A stretch of DNA of 64,000 nucleotides from Acidimicrobiales bacterium (GCA_035294085.1 DATGLP010000024.1:1061-65060), one strand, 5' to 3'; positions 21,941 to 31,121 are shown, numbered from the stretch's first letter. The notes: generated from the sequence alone by a model not told the origin. A program made the numbers and translations.

Positions 21941-24658
21941 CTACACCGCGGGCGGCGCGACCTCCTTGGCGTCGGCCCAGGTGGGGCCCCACGCCAGGTG
22001 GACCTCCAGCGGCACCTTGAGGGGGTAGGCGCGCTGCATCGCCTCGAGCGTGAGCGCCTCGGCCACCTCCCGCTCGGCGTGCGGCGCCTCGACGAGGATC
22101 TCGTCGTGGACCTGGAGGACGATGCGCGCCGCGAGGCCGCGTGCCTCGAAGGCGGCGTCGAGCGCGACGAGGGCGATCTTGAAGATGTCGGCGGCGAGGC
22201 CCTGGATGCCGGCGTTCATCGCCTGGCGCTCGGCTGCCTGGCGGATGCGCGCGTTGGTCGACGCGAGCTCCGGCAGGTAGCGCCGGCGGCCCTTCTCCGT
22301 CTCGGTGTAGCCGCGCCGGCGCGCCTCGGCGACCGTGCGCTCCATGTAGGCGCGCACCGCCGGGAAGGCGGCGAAGTACTGCTCGAGGATGGCCGACGCC
22401 TCCTCGACGGGGATGGCGAGGCGCTGGGAGAGGCCGTACGCCTCCATGCCGTACGCGAGGCCGTAGGAGACCATCTTCGCCTTCGCCCGCTGAGCCGGCG
22501 TCACCTCGCTCGGCGCCACCTTGAAGAGCCGCGCCGCGGTGACGGCGTGGATGTCCTGTCCCTGCGCGAAGGCCTCGATGAGCCCGGGGTCGTCGGCGAG
22601 GTGCGCGATGACGCGCAGCTCGATCTGGCTGTAGTCGGCGACGAGGAGGCCCGCGCCCGGGGCCGGGACGAAGGCCGCCCGGAAGCGCCTGCCCTCCTCG
22701 GTTCGAACCGGGATGTTGTGGAGGTTGGGCTGGTCCGACGACAGTCGACCGGTGCGCGCGACGGTCTGGTTGAACGACGCGTGGATCCGGCCGTCGGGCG
22801 CCACCTCGGCGAGGAGGCCCTCCCCGTAGGTAGAGCGCAGCTTCTCGACCTCCCGGTAGCGCAGGAGGGCGTCGACGATCTCGTGCTGGTCGCGCAGGCG
22901 CTCGAGCGTCGCCGCGTCCGTCGAGTAGCCCGTCTTCGTGCGCCGAAGCGGGGTCAGCCCCAGCTTCTCGTAGAGCACGACACGCAGCTGGACCGTCGAG
23001 TTGACGTTGAACGGCTCGCCGGCGAGCGCCTGGATCCGCTCCTCGAGCGCTCGAGCCTCGGCGGTGAGCTCGGCGTTGATCGCCTGCAGGGCCTCGACGT
23101 CGACGCCGATCCCGACGTGCTCCATCTTCGCGAGGACCCGCACGAGCGGCCGTTCGACCTCCTCGTAGAGGGCCACCCCCCCCACCGAGGCGAGCTCGTC
23201 GCGCAGTCGCTCCCCGAGCGCCCCGACGAGCTCGGCCCGGGCCGCGAGCGCCCCCGCGCGTGCCGAGGCATCCTCCCGCCCCGCCGACGGTCCGCCGGCG
23301 TCGTCCGAGGCGCTCGGCAGCGAGAGGCCGAAGTGGAACGCCACGTCCTCGAGGCCGGCCTGGCCGAGCGACGGATCGACGAGGTAGGCGGCGACGGCGG
23401 TATCGAGCTCCAGGCCGGTGATGTCGATGCCCTCGGCCAGCAGCGCGCGCATGAGCTCCTTCGCACGGTGCGCCCGAACCCGGCGCCTGCCGTCGCTCGG
23501 CGCGCACAGCGCGCCGAGCGCGGCAGCCGTGGCCGCCTCGCCGAGGAGCTCGCCCGCCACGACGCCCACCTCCTCGCCGGCCGGGCCGAGGGCAGCGAGC
23601 GCCTCGAGTGCCGAGCGCCCCGGCGGCCCCGCCCAGGCCGGCTCGAGGACGACCGGCCCCTCGCCGGCCGAGAGCGATCGGAGGAAGGCCGCCGCGTCGG
23701 CGTCGGTCCCGAGGACGGCGACGGGCAGCGCCGCCGCGGGCGCGGGCGGCCGCTCGTCGCCTGGGCGCGCGAGCGCGTCGAGCACGGCGAAGAGGCGCTC
23801 GCGCGGGGTGCGCATCTCGAGGAAGGCGAACAGGCGCGACAGCGCCTCCCGGTCGGGCGGACGCAGGTCGAGCGCCCCGGGCGAGAGCGCGAGCGGCACG
23901 TCGCGCACGGCCCGAGTGAGGCGGAGGTTGGTCCGCACCTGCGCCTCGCAGGCGGCGAGGGCCTCGCGCAGCTTCGGGGTGCACGCGTCGAGGTGCGAGA
24001 AGATGGCGTCGACGTCGCCGTAGGTGGCGACGAGGCGCGCCGCGGTCTTCTCGCCGACGCCCGGCACGCCGGCCAGGTTGTCCGAGGGGTCGCCGCGCAG
24101 CGCGGCGAGCAGCGGGTAGTCGGCGGGCCGCACGCCGGTTCGCTCGCGGATCCCGGCCTCGTCGTACAGGACGTAGTCCGTGACGCCTCGACGGTTGTAC
24201 AGGACGCGCACGTGCGGGTCCTCGACGAGCTGGAAGGCGTCCCGATCCCCCGTCACGACGATGACGTCGTGACCGTCTGCCGCGAGGCGCGTGGCGAGCG
24301 TGGCGATGACGTCGTCGGCCTCGTAGCCGGGGGCGTCGAGCGCCGGCACGCCGAGCGCCTCGACGAAGCCGCGGATGATCTCGATCTGCTGTGCGAGCGG
24401 CTCGGGCGTGGCGACGCGGCCCGCCTTGTAGTGCTCGGCGATCTCGTCACGAAAGGTCGGCTCGGGCCGGTCGAAGGCCACCGCCATGCCCGCCGGGCGG
24501 AAGTCCTCGAGCAGCTTCGTCACCATCGAGACGAAGCCGTAGACGGCCTGTGTCTCCTGGCCCGAGCTGGTGCGCATCCCCGCATCCTGCAGGGCGAACC
24601 AGGCACGGAAGGCGAGCGAGTGCCCGTCGAGGAGGAGGTAGGTCGCCACGCTCGTCAC
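21941..24658 (-). CDS. polA: DNA polymerase I
   Basis: 5'-nuclease N-terminus (YLLLDGHSLAFRAW), pol A motifs (DYSQIELR, RRKAKxxNFG-like RAKAKMVSYG, QVHDE). GTG 24658 or 24649 as start. The extension to 25126 is junk. Confidence 0.93.
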   Translation of the reverse strand: MTSVATYLLLDGHSLAFRAWFALQDAGMRTSSGQETQAVYGFVSMVTKLLEDFRPAGMAVAFDRPEPTFRDEIAEHYKAGRVATPEPLAQQIEIIRGFVEALGVPALDAPGYEADDVIATLATRLAADGHDVIVVTGDRDAFQLVEDPHVRVLYNRRGVTDYVLYDEAGIRERTGVRPADYPLLAALRGDPSDNLAGVPGVGEKTAARLVATYGDVDAIFSHLDACTPKLREALAACEAQVRTNLRLTRAVRDVPLALSPGALDLRPPDREALSRLFAFLEMRTPRERLFAVLDALARPGDERPPAPAAALPVAVLGTDADAAAFLRSLSAGEGPVVLEPAWAGPPGRSALEALAALGPAGEEVGVVAGELLGEAATAAALGALCAPSDGRRRVRAHRAKELMRALLAEGIDITGLELDTAVAAYLVDPSLGQAGLEDVAFHFGLSLPSASDDAGGPSAGREDASARAGALAARAELVGALGERLRDELASVGGVALYEEVERPLVRVLAKMEHVGIGVDVEALQAINAELTAEARALEERIQALAGEPFNVNSTVQLRVVLYEKLGLTPLRRTKTGYSTDAATLERLRDQHEIVDALLRYREVEKLRSTYGEGLLAEVAPDGRIHASFNQTVARTGRLSSDQPNLHNIPVRTEEGRRFRAAFVPAPGAGLLVADYSQIELRVIAHLADDPGLIEAFAQGQDIHAVTAARLFKVAPSEVTPAQRAKAKMVSYGLAYGMEAYGLSQRLAIPVEEASAILEQYFAAFPAVRAYMERTVAEARRRGYTETEKGRRRYLPELASTNARIRQAAERQAMNAGIQGLAADIFKIALVALDAAFEARGLAARIVLQVHDEILVEAPHAEREVAEALTLEAMQRAYPLKVPLEVHLAWGPTWADAKEVAPPAV

Positions 24659-25032
24659 GGGCCCGCCGGATCGGCGGGCCCGGCGGGCAGCCCGGCGCGC
24701 TGGTCCGGCGCGCACGACGGACGTCGCCGGTTCCCCGCAGGAACGGCGCCGGCTGGGGCGCACCTGCCCGCCTCGCGCGCGGCGGGCCCGGGCGGCGCGG
24801 CACCCGCCGAGCGCGCCCCGACGCGCGCGCTGCTCGCGCGCCGCTCCCCGTCCACGAGCTCCCTCCAGCCGCGCCCACCGGCACGCGGCGTCGCTGCGGC
24901 TCTCGGCTGGGCGCCTCGCGAGGCACGGGATCGGCCTGGACGTCGCGCCAGCGGCACGGCGCGATGCTAGGCGCGCCGGGACCGCACCTCGCCCGTCGTC
25001 GGCGCTCCCGAGGTTCGACCGACCTGCGGCGG

Positions 25033-25038
25033 TAGCAT
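25033..25038 (+). promoter_or_regulatory. possible -10 hexamer (TAGCAT); short or leaderless dtxR-family mRNA
   Basis: TAGCAT ends 8 nt before ATG 25047, and there is no SD between them. Confidence 0.3.
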
Positions 25039-25046
25039 GGCGGCGC

Positions 25047-25736
25047 ATGGCTGGCGGCTTCCACCCCCCGCTCGAGGAGTACCTCGAGGCAATCCACGCC
25101 CTCGCCGAGGAGGGCACGACCATCATCCAGGCGCGCCTCGTCGAGCGCCTGGGCCACTCGCCGCAGGCGGTCTCCGAGATGGTCCGACGCCTCGCCAGCG
25201 CGGGCTACCTCGAGCGACGCGGCCGCGGCGTCGCGCTCACCCCGCTCGGCCAGGCGCGCGCCGAGAGCGTCGTGCGCAAGCACCGCCTCGCGGAGCGCTT
25301 CCTCGTCGACGTCCTCGGGCTCGCCTGGGACCGGGCGCACGACGAGGCCGGCCGGTGGGAGCACGTCATCTCCGACGAGGTCGAGGCGCGCTTCGTGGAG
25401 CTCCTCGGCCACCCGACGACGTGCCCGCACGGCAACCCGATCCCCGGCGCCCCCCGCGACGAGGCGCCCCAGGTGCCGATGGCCGACGTCGTGGAAGGCC
25501 AGCAGATCCGCCTGGCGCGCATCACCGAGCGGGTCGAGACCGATCGCGACGTGCTCGCCTACCTCGGCGAGCACGGGCTCGTCCCCGGACGACGGGCGCG
25601 CGTCGCCTCGCGGGCGCCCGACGGGACGGTCACCCTCGAGCTCGACGGCGTCGACGGCTCGCGGCCCGCCACCGTCGCCGTCGGTGCGGCGATGTGCCGC
25701 GAGCTGTACGTCACCGACGCGCCGGCCGCCGGCTGA
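25047..25736 (+). CDS. DtxR/IdeR/MntR-family metal-dependent transcriptional regulator
   Basis: wHTH N-terminus (LEEYLEAIHAL), metal and dimerisation region (RKHRLAERFL, CPHGNPIP), FeoA/SH3-like C-terminal domain. Confidence 0.9.
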   Translation: MAGGFHPPLEEYLEAIHALAEEGTTIIQARLVERLGHSPQAVSEMVRRLASAGYLERRGRGVALTPLGQARAESVVRKHRLAERFLVDVLGLAWDRAHDEAGRWEHVISDEVEARFVELLGHPTTCPHGNPIPGAPRDEAPQVPMADVVEGQQIRLARITERVETDRDVLAYLGEHGLVPGRRARVASRAPDGTVTLELDGVDGSRPATVAVGAAMCRELYVTDAPAAG

Positions 25737-25745
25737 CGGTCCTCC

Positions 25746-26345
25746 TCAGCTCGGGGCGAGCTCCCCCGCGACGATCGCCTGCGCGACCTGCCGCATCGTC
25801 GTCCGCCGGTCCATCGCGCTCCGCTGGATGAAGGCGAACGCCTCCGCCTCCTTCAGGCCGTGCTCGTCCATGAGGCGCCCCTTGGCGCGGTCGAGCCAGC
25901 GACGGGTCTCGAGCTTCTCCTCGAGCCGCCGCTTCTCGTCGGTGAGCGACGCCACCTCCGCCTCGAGCGCCTGCACCTCGGCGAAGCGCCCGAGCGCCAC
26001 CTCGATGGCCGGCAGGAGCTCCTCCTTCTGGAAGGGCTTCACGAGGTAGGCGAGGGCTCCGGCGTCGCGGGCCTGCTCGATGAGGTCGCGCTGGGAGAAC
26101 GCGGTCAGGATGAGCACCGCCGTCCTCGAGTGCTCGCCGATCTCCCTCGCCGCGGCGAGGCCGTCCATCCCCGGCATCTTGATGTCGAGGATGACGAGGT
26201 CAGGTGCCAGACGGCGGACGAGCTCGACCGCCTCGTCGCCGCGTCCCGTCTCGCCGACGACGCGGTAGCCCTCCTCCTGGAGGATCTCCCGCAGGTCGAG
26301 GCGGACGATGGCCTCGTCCTCGGCGATGACGACGGTCCTGGACAA
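25746..26345 (-). CDS. pdtaR: ANTAR-domain response regulator (PdtaR-like)
   Basis: REC domain (VVIAEDE...ILDIKMPGMDG...KP), coiled linker, ANTAR (AKGRLM...EAEAFAFIQRSAMDRR). TTG 26345 lies 8 nt after AGGAG. Adjacent to polA, as in mycobacteria. Confidence 0.88.
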   Translation of the reverse strand: MSRTVVIAEDEAIVRLDLREILQEEGYRVVGETGRGDEAVELVRRLAPDLVILDIKMPGMDGLAAAREIGEHSRTAVLILTAFSQRDLIEQARDAGALAYLVKPFQKEELLPAIEVALGRFAEVQALEAEVASLTDEKRRLEEKLETRRWLDRAKGRLMDEHGLKEAEAFAFIQRSAMDRRTTMRQVAQAIVAGELAPS

Positions 26346-26421
26346 CCCGATCGCTCCTCTCACCCTGCTCCGGCGGCGTGCGCCAGGTGCGAGCGCGGCG
26401 CTCGGCGAGCTCGCGCCGAGG

Positions 26422-26724
26422 TCAGCCTACGAGCTTGCCGAGCAGCTCGTCCTGCGCCGCCTCGAGCTCGGCGACGAGCGCGCGCGCCGCGTCCCGGCTC
26501 CGCCGCATCGCCTCGGCGTGGCGCTCGGCCTCGCGCCACTCCCGCTCGGCGAGCGGCGTCTCGGAGACGAGCATTCGAAGCCGGGCCTCGTCCGCCTGCT
26601 CGTCGAGGGCCGCGAGCTGCTCCTCGGCCACCTCGAGCTCGGCACGGGCCCTCGCCAGCCTCGCGTGGACGTCGAACAGGCGGCGTTCCACGCGCGCCTG
26701 GTGGACGCTCCGGCCCGTTCGCAC
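26422..26724 (-). CDS. small coiled-coil protein, unknown function
   Basis: 100 aa from GTG 26724, heptad-rich (ARAELEVAEEQLAALDEQADEARL...). Sits 10 nt after the menC-like stop. Confidence 0.5.
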   Translation of the reverse strand: MRTGRSVHQARVERRLFDVHARLARARAELEVAEEQLAALDEQADEARLRMLVSETPLAEREWREAERHAEAMRRSRDAARALVAELEAAQDELLGKLVG

Positions 26725-26734
26725 GACGCGCAGT

Positions 26735-27853
26735 CTACGGCGCCGGCCGGGCGCTCCAGGAGCGCAGCTGCGCAGCCTGCAGGCGTTCGGGGACCGGGGC
26801 CACGCCGAGGCCCGGTCCGGCTGGCACCTCCAGCCACCCGCCCTCGAGACGGTGCGCCTCGGTGAGGTCCGTCGCGAAGTACCGGTCGCTCGCCCCGAGG
26901 TCGCTCCCGAGGCTGAAGCCACCGAGCCCGCCGACCGCCAGCGTGGCGGCGCGCCCGAGACCGCTCTCGAGCATGCCGCCGAGGGCGAGTGCCAGGCCGG
27001 CCTCGACGCAGCGAGCGTGCACCCGCCGCGCGGCGAGGAGGCCCCCGAGCCGTGCCGGCTTCACGACGACCCCGCGGCACGCGCGAAGCGCGATCGCGCT
27101 GTCGAGCACGCCGAGCGAGGTGACCGACTCGTCGAGGACGACGGGCGTCTCGAGCGACGCGGTCAGCTCGGCGTGGCCGAGCAGGTCGTCGGGCGCGAGC
27201 GGCTGCTCGAGGGCCGCGAGCCCGAGGCGGTCGAGCCGCTCGAGCGCGCGGCGCTGGCGAGGGTCGCCGAGGCGGTAGGAGCCGTTCGCGTCCGCGACGA
27301 GGGCGACCTCGGGGTGACGCGCTCGCACCCCCTCGAGCAGCGCCCACTCCCGACCCGGCGCGATCTTGCACTTCAGCCGCCGGTAACCGGCGGCCACGGC
27401 CGCGTCCGCGGCGGCGAGGACCTGCGCAGGGGCACCGAGGCCGATCGTCGCCCCCGCGACGACGCGCCGCTCGACCGCCCCGAGGTGCTCGGCGAGCGAC
27501 CGGCCCTCGGCGCGCAGGCCGGCGTCGAGCAGCGCCATCTCGATCGCCGCCTTCGCCATCGGGTGGCCGACCACTTGCTCGAGGCGCGCCAGCGCCTCCT
27601 GCACGGATGCCGGGGGCCGCGGGGCGAGGAGGCGGGGGACGAGGTGGTCGACGAGCACGGCGAAGGCGCCCGCCGCGTACTCCGCCGTGTAGGTCGGCTC
27701 GGCGAGCGCCGCGCACTCCCCCCAGCCCTCCGCGGCGTCGGTGAGCACGCGCACGAGCACGAGCGGCCGCTCGCGCACCGTCGCGTGGGCGGCGACGAGC
27801 GGCTCGGCGAGCTCGAGCACGACGAGCCGGACCTCGACGCCGGTCAGGCGCAC
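26735..27853 (-). CDS. enolase-superfamily enzyme, o-succinylbenzoate synthase / N-acylamino acid racemase-like
   Basis: Metal ligand pattern (KCKI, DANGSY, LEQP, DES), TIM-barrel-like body. Start GTG 27853, or GTG 27922. Confidence 0.8.
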   Translation of the reverse strand: MRLTGVEVRLVVLELAEPLVAAHATVRERPLVLVRVLTDAAEGWGECAALAEPTYTAEYAAGAFAVLVDHLVPRLLAPRPPASVQEALARLEQVVGHPMAKAAIEMALLDAGLRAEGRSLAEHLGAVERRVVAGATIGLGAPAQVLAAADAAVAAGYRRLKCKIAPGREWALLEGVRARHPEVALVADANGSYRLGDPRQRRALERLDRLGLAALEQPLAPDDLLGHAELTASLETPVVLDESVTSLGVLDSAIALRACRGVVVKPARLGGLLAARRVHARCVEAGLALALGGMLESGLGRAATLAVGGLGGFSLGSDLGASDRYFATDLTEAHRLEGGWLEVPAGPGLGVAPVPERLQAAQLRSWSARPAP

Positions 27854-27948
27854 GAGGCGGCCTCGTCGCGCCTCGAGCGGCGACCCGCCGCAGCGTGGGC
27901 GTGCATGGCACCAGGCTGCCACGGCGGGCTCCGGGAGACCGCCACGGT

Positions 27949-27954
27949 TAGCCT
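27949..27954 (+). promoter_or_regulatory. possible -10 hexamer (TAGCCT) for tRNA-Leu(CAA)
   Basis: TAnnnT hexamer 10 nt upstream of the mature tRNA 5' end. Confidence 0.3.
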
Positions 27955-27964
27955 GTCGTCACCG

Positions 27965-28047
27965 GCCCGGGTGGCGGAACGGTAGACGCGGCGGCCTCAA
28001 AAGTCGCTGCCCGCGAGGGCGTGCGGGTTCGAGTCCCGCCCCGGGCA
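27965..28047 (+). tRNA. tRNA-Leu (anticodon CAA)
   Basis: Acceptor GCCCGGG/CCCGGGC, anticodon arm GCGGC-CTCAAAA-GTCGC, long variable arm TGCCCGCGAGGGCG, T-arm GCGGG-TTCGAGT-CCCGC. CCA is not encoded. Confidence 0.9.
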
Positions 28048-28065
28048 CGCGCGAGGAGGCAGCGC

Positions 28066-28269
28066 TCAGCGAGGCGCCACCCCGTAGCGGACGAAGAGGT
28101 GGTAGCCGGCGAAGGCCCACAGGAGGAAGAGGAGCGCCCGGCCGGCCCGCGCACGCTCTGCCGCCGAGAGGGCCTCGGCGAAGGTGGCGTGCCCCCGGCC
28201 ACGGCGCGCCGCCACCTCCCAGGCCAGGGCGGCGCACGCCACGGCGATCCACGCCGCCTCACCGGGCAC
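28066..28269 (-). CDS. small membrane protein, unknown function
   Basis: Last 67 codons of ORF 28066..29997 from GTG 28269. Two hydrophobic segments and strong GC3 bias. Overlaps the upstream gene's end by 11 nt. Confidence 0.5.
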   Translation of the reverse strand: MPGEAAWIAVACAALAWEVAARRGRGHATFAEALSAAERARAGRALLFLLWAFAGYHLFVRYGVAPR

Positions 28270-28717
28270 CGGCTCTCCCCCGCAGCCAGCGGGCCGCGCC
28301 AGGCCGGCCGAGCGAGCGCCTCGCGAGCAGCGCCCCCAGCACCAGCCACGTCGCGAACGCCACCGAGCGCGCGGGTCGGGGGGCGGTGAGCTCGTCGAGG
28401 AGGTGGCTGAGGCTCGGCCAGCGCCGGGAGCGACCGCCGAGGGCGAGCGCGACCGCCTCGAGGCCGAGCGCCGCGGCAGCGAGAACCATCCAGCAGCCGA
28501 CCCGGCGCAGCGTGCCCCGGTGCGCCCTCCGCTGCGAGGCGCCCAGCGCGAGGGCGGCCGCGACGGCGCCCACCGGGGCGAGGACGGCGGCGCTCGCTGC
28601 CGGGGAGAAGTGCGCGAGGCCGCTCGCCCACCAGCCGTAGGCGAGGCAGCCGGCGACGGTGACCGACCAGCCGGCCGCGCGGGCTCGGCAGCGCGCGCCC
28701 GCGTCGGCCTGCGCCAC
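28259..28717 (-). CDS. multi-pass membrane protein, unknown function
   Basis: 152-aa ORF with about 4 hydrophobic helices. Its C-terminal motif resembles that of the downstream 67-aa protein. Confidence 0.5.
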   Translation of the reverse strand: MAQADAGARCRARAAGWSVTVAGCLAYGWWASGLAHFSPAASAAVLAPVGAVAAALALGASQRRAHRGTLRRVGCWMVLAAAALGLEAVALALGGRSRRWPSLSHLLDELTAPRPARSVAFATWLVLGALLARRSLGRPGAARWLRGRAGAR

Positions 28718-28911
28718 GCCCCACCTCCCACCTGGCTCCGAGGCGCCTCCAGGCTAGGGCGGCCGGACCCCCAGTCCTTGCCCCGGTGCTCGCCCCGTTC
28801 TCTACAGTGGGTCCCCGAAGGCCCGTCCGCGAGGTAACCGTGGGGCGCGCCCGAGGGTCCAACTGGTGGGCATCGAGGCGCGGCGCCCTCGCCGTCGAAG
28901 GGAGCGGTTGG

Positions 28912-30192
28912 TTGCTGGCGTTCACGTTTCCCGGCCAGGGCTCGCAGCGCCCGGCCATGGGCGCGGCCTGGGTCGACCACCCGTCGTGGGAGCTCGTCGA
29001 GCACGCCAGCGAGGTCCTCGACCGCGACGTCGCCGAGCTCTTGCTCGAGGCGGACGCCGAGCGCCTGACGCGCACCACCAACGCCCAGCTCGCGACCTTC
29101 GTCGCGAGCCTCGTGGTGCTCGACGCCACCGAGCGCCTCGGCCTGCAGCCGGCGGCCGCGGCGGGGCACTCGCTCGGCGAGTACACCGCGCTCGTCGCGA
29201 CCGGCGCGCTCTCCTACGAGGACGGCCTCCGCCTCGTGGCCGAGCGCGGCGAGGCCATGCAGGACGCGGCGGACCACGCGCCGGGGACGATGATGGCCGT
29301 GCTCGGCCTGCCCGACGACGCCGTCGAAGCCGCCTGCGTGCGGGCCGAGGGCGAGGTCTGGGTGGCGAACTACAACGCGCCCGGCCAGGTCGTGATCGCG
29401 GGGACCGAGGAGTCCCTGGCCCGAGCCGCGCAGATCGCACGCTCGCTCGGCGCGAAGCGGGTGCTGCGCTTCGCCGTCGGCGGCGCCTTCCACACGCCGC
29501 TCATGGCCCCCGCGCGCGACCGGCTGCGCAAGGCACTCCAGGCGGTGGCCTTCCGCGAGGCGGAGCCGGTCGTCGTCGCCAACGTCGACGCGCGGCCGCA
29601 CCCCGACCCGCTCGAGTGGCCCGGCCTGCTCTCGGCGCAGCTGTGCGCGCCGGTGCGCTGGCGCCAGACCCTCGAGGCCCTCCACGCGAGCGGCGCCCGG
29701 ACCTTCGTCGAGCTCGGACCCGGCGGCGTGCTCACCGGCCTCCTCCGGCGGGCGCTGCCCGCCGAGGACGTCACCGGTCACTCGGTCGCCACGCCCGACG
29801 ACCTCGAGGCGCTCGTCGAGGCGCTCGGCGCGGCCGCCGAGCGGGAGCGCCGCGCGCACGCCGTCGGCGAGCGCTACGTGATGACCGAGCGCCTCGTCGT
29901 CGCGCCGGCGACCGGACCGTTCCGCCTCCACGAGGCGCTCGCCGCCGCCGCGCCGAAGCTCCGCTCGGGTCGCCACCGCCACCGGGCCGGCGCGCACGGC
30001 GGCGAGGCGGACGACGCCGGGCCGGCGCTCCGCCTCGCGGTCGGCGACCTCGTGGGGTGGGCCGGGGACGTGGAGATACGCTCCCCCTTCGCCGGCAGCC
30101 TCGAGGGCGTCCTCGTGCTGGCCGGCGAGCGCGTCGTCACCGGTCAGCCGGTTGCGTGGCTGCGCGTCGACGACGACCAGGACGCGTCCTGA
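28912..30192 (+). CDS. fabD: malonyl CoA-ACP transacylase with C-terminal biotinyl/lipoyl-like extension
   Basis: FTFPGQGSQ, GHSLGEY, GAFHTP motifs. TTG 28912 lies 7 nt after GAAGGGAG. About 140 extra C-terminal residues after ELGPGGVLTGL. Confidence 0.88.
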   Translation: MLAFTFPGQGSQRPAMGAAWVDHPSWELVEHASEVLDRDVAELLLEADAERLTRTTNAQLATFVASLVVLDATERLGLQPAAAAGHSLGEYTALVATGALSYEDGLRLVAERGEAMQDAADHAPGTMMAVLGLPDDAVEAACVRAEGEVWVANYNAPGQVVIAGTEESLARAAQIARSLGAKRVLRFAVGGAFHTPLMAPARDRLRKALQAVAFREAEPVVVANVDARPHPDPLEWPGLLSAQLCAPVRWRQTLEALHASGARTFVELGPGGVLTGLLRRALPAEDVTGHSVATPDDLEALVEALGAAAERERRAHAVGERYVMTERLVVAPATGPFRLHEALAAAAPKLRSGRHRHRAGAHGGEADDAGPALRLAVGDLVGWAGDVEIRSPFAGSLEGVLVLAGERVVTGQPVAWLRVDDDQDAS

Positions 30193-31121
30193 TGGGCGCC
30201 GCCATCACGGGCTGGGGCAGCGCCCTGCCCGACAAGGTCGTGACGAACGAGGACTTCGCGGCGCGCCTCGACACCTCGGACGCCTGGATCCGCGAGCGCA
30301 CCGGGATCCTCGAGCGGCGGATCGGCGGTACGACCGCCGGCCTCGCCGTCGAGGCCGGTCGACGCGCCCTCGAGCGGGCCGGCGTCGCGCCCGAGGAGAT
30401 CGACCTCCTCGTCCTCGCCACCACCACCCCCGACCAGGCGGTCCCGGCAACCTCCTCCTCGGTGCACGAGGCGCTCGGGCTGCGCGGCGGCGCACTCGAC
30501 CTCAACGCGGCGTGCGCCGGCTTCACCTACTCGCTCGTCGTCGCCGACGCGATGATCCGGCTGGGCCAGCGCAAGGTGCTCGTCATCGGGGCCGAGACGC
30601 TCTCGCGGCTCACCGACTTCGAGGACCGCGCGACGGCGGTGCTCTTCGGGGACGGGGCCGGCGCCGTCGTGCTCGAGGACGGGCCGGCACCCGACCTGCT
30701 CGTCGCCTACGACCTCGGGGTCGACGGCTCGGCGGCCCACCTGCTGTCCTGCGAGCACGGCGGCACCTGGCACATGGAAGGACGCGAGGTCTTCCGGCGG
30801 GCCGTGCGCACCGAGCTGCGATCGATCACGAAGGTCCTCACCGAGGCCGGCGCCCGCCCCGAGGACGTCGCCCTCTTCGTCCCGCACCAGGCGAACCTGC
30901 GGATCATCGAGGCCGTCAACGAGCGCCTCGGCATCCCGATGGAGCGCACCGCCGTCGTGCTGGACCGGACCGGGAACACGTCGGCGGCGTCCATCCCGCT
31001 CGCGCTGTGCGAGGCAGCGGAGACCGGGCGCCTCGAGCCGGGCGACCTCGTGCTGCTGTCCGGCTTCGGCGCCGGGATGACCTGGGCCTCGGTGCTGATC
31101 CGCTGGAGGGGATCGCGTTGA
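30192..31121 (+). CDS. fabH: 3-oxoacyl-ACP synthase III
   Basis: NAACAGF active-site Cys, HQAN, GNTSAAS motifs. ATG overlaps the fabD TGA (TGATG). Confidence 0.95.
   Translation: MGAAITGWGSALPDKVVTNEDFAARLDTSDAWIRERTGILERRIGGTTAGLAVEAGRRALERAGVAPEEIDLLVLATTTPDQAVPATSSSVHEALGLRGGALDLNAACAGFTYSLVVADAMIRLGQRKVLVIGAETLSRLTDFEDRATAVLFGDGAGAVVLEDGPAPDLLVAYDLGVDGSAAHLLSCEHGGTWHMEGREVFRRAVRTELRSITKVLTEAGARPEDVALFVPHQANLRIIEAVNERLGIPMERTAVVLDRTGNTSAASIPLALCEAAETGRLEPGDLVLLSGFGAGMTWASVLIRWRGSR

Noticed and set aside
21800-24970. 1056-aa plus-strand ORF opposite polA
   Set aside because: Antisense to a gene with unambiguous Pol I motifs. The product is Arg/Gly/Ala/Glu filler with no motif. This is the typical stop-free antisense frame of high-GC DNA.
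27946-27960. GGTTAGCCT resembling half of an IdeR/DtxR iron box
   Set aside because: Only one half-site matches and there is no palindromic partner. It coincides with the tRNA-Leu -10 region.
28270-29997. Upstream ~575 aa of the 643-aa minus ORF antisense to fabD
   Set aside because: Antisense to fabD. Only the terminal 67 codons downstream of GTG 28269 lie outside fabD and look coding.
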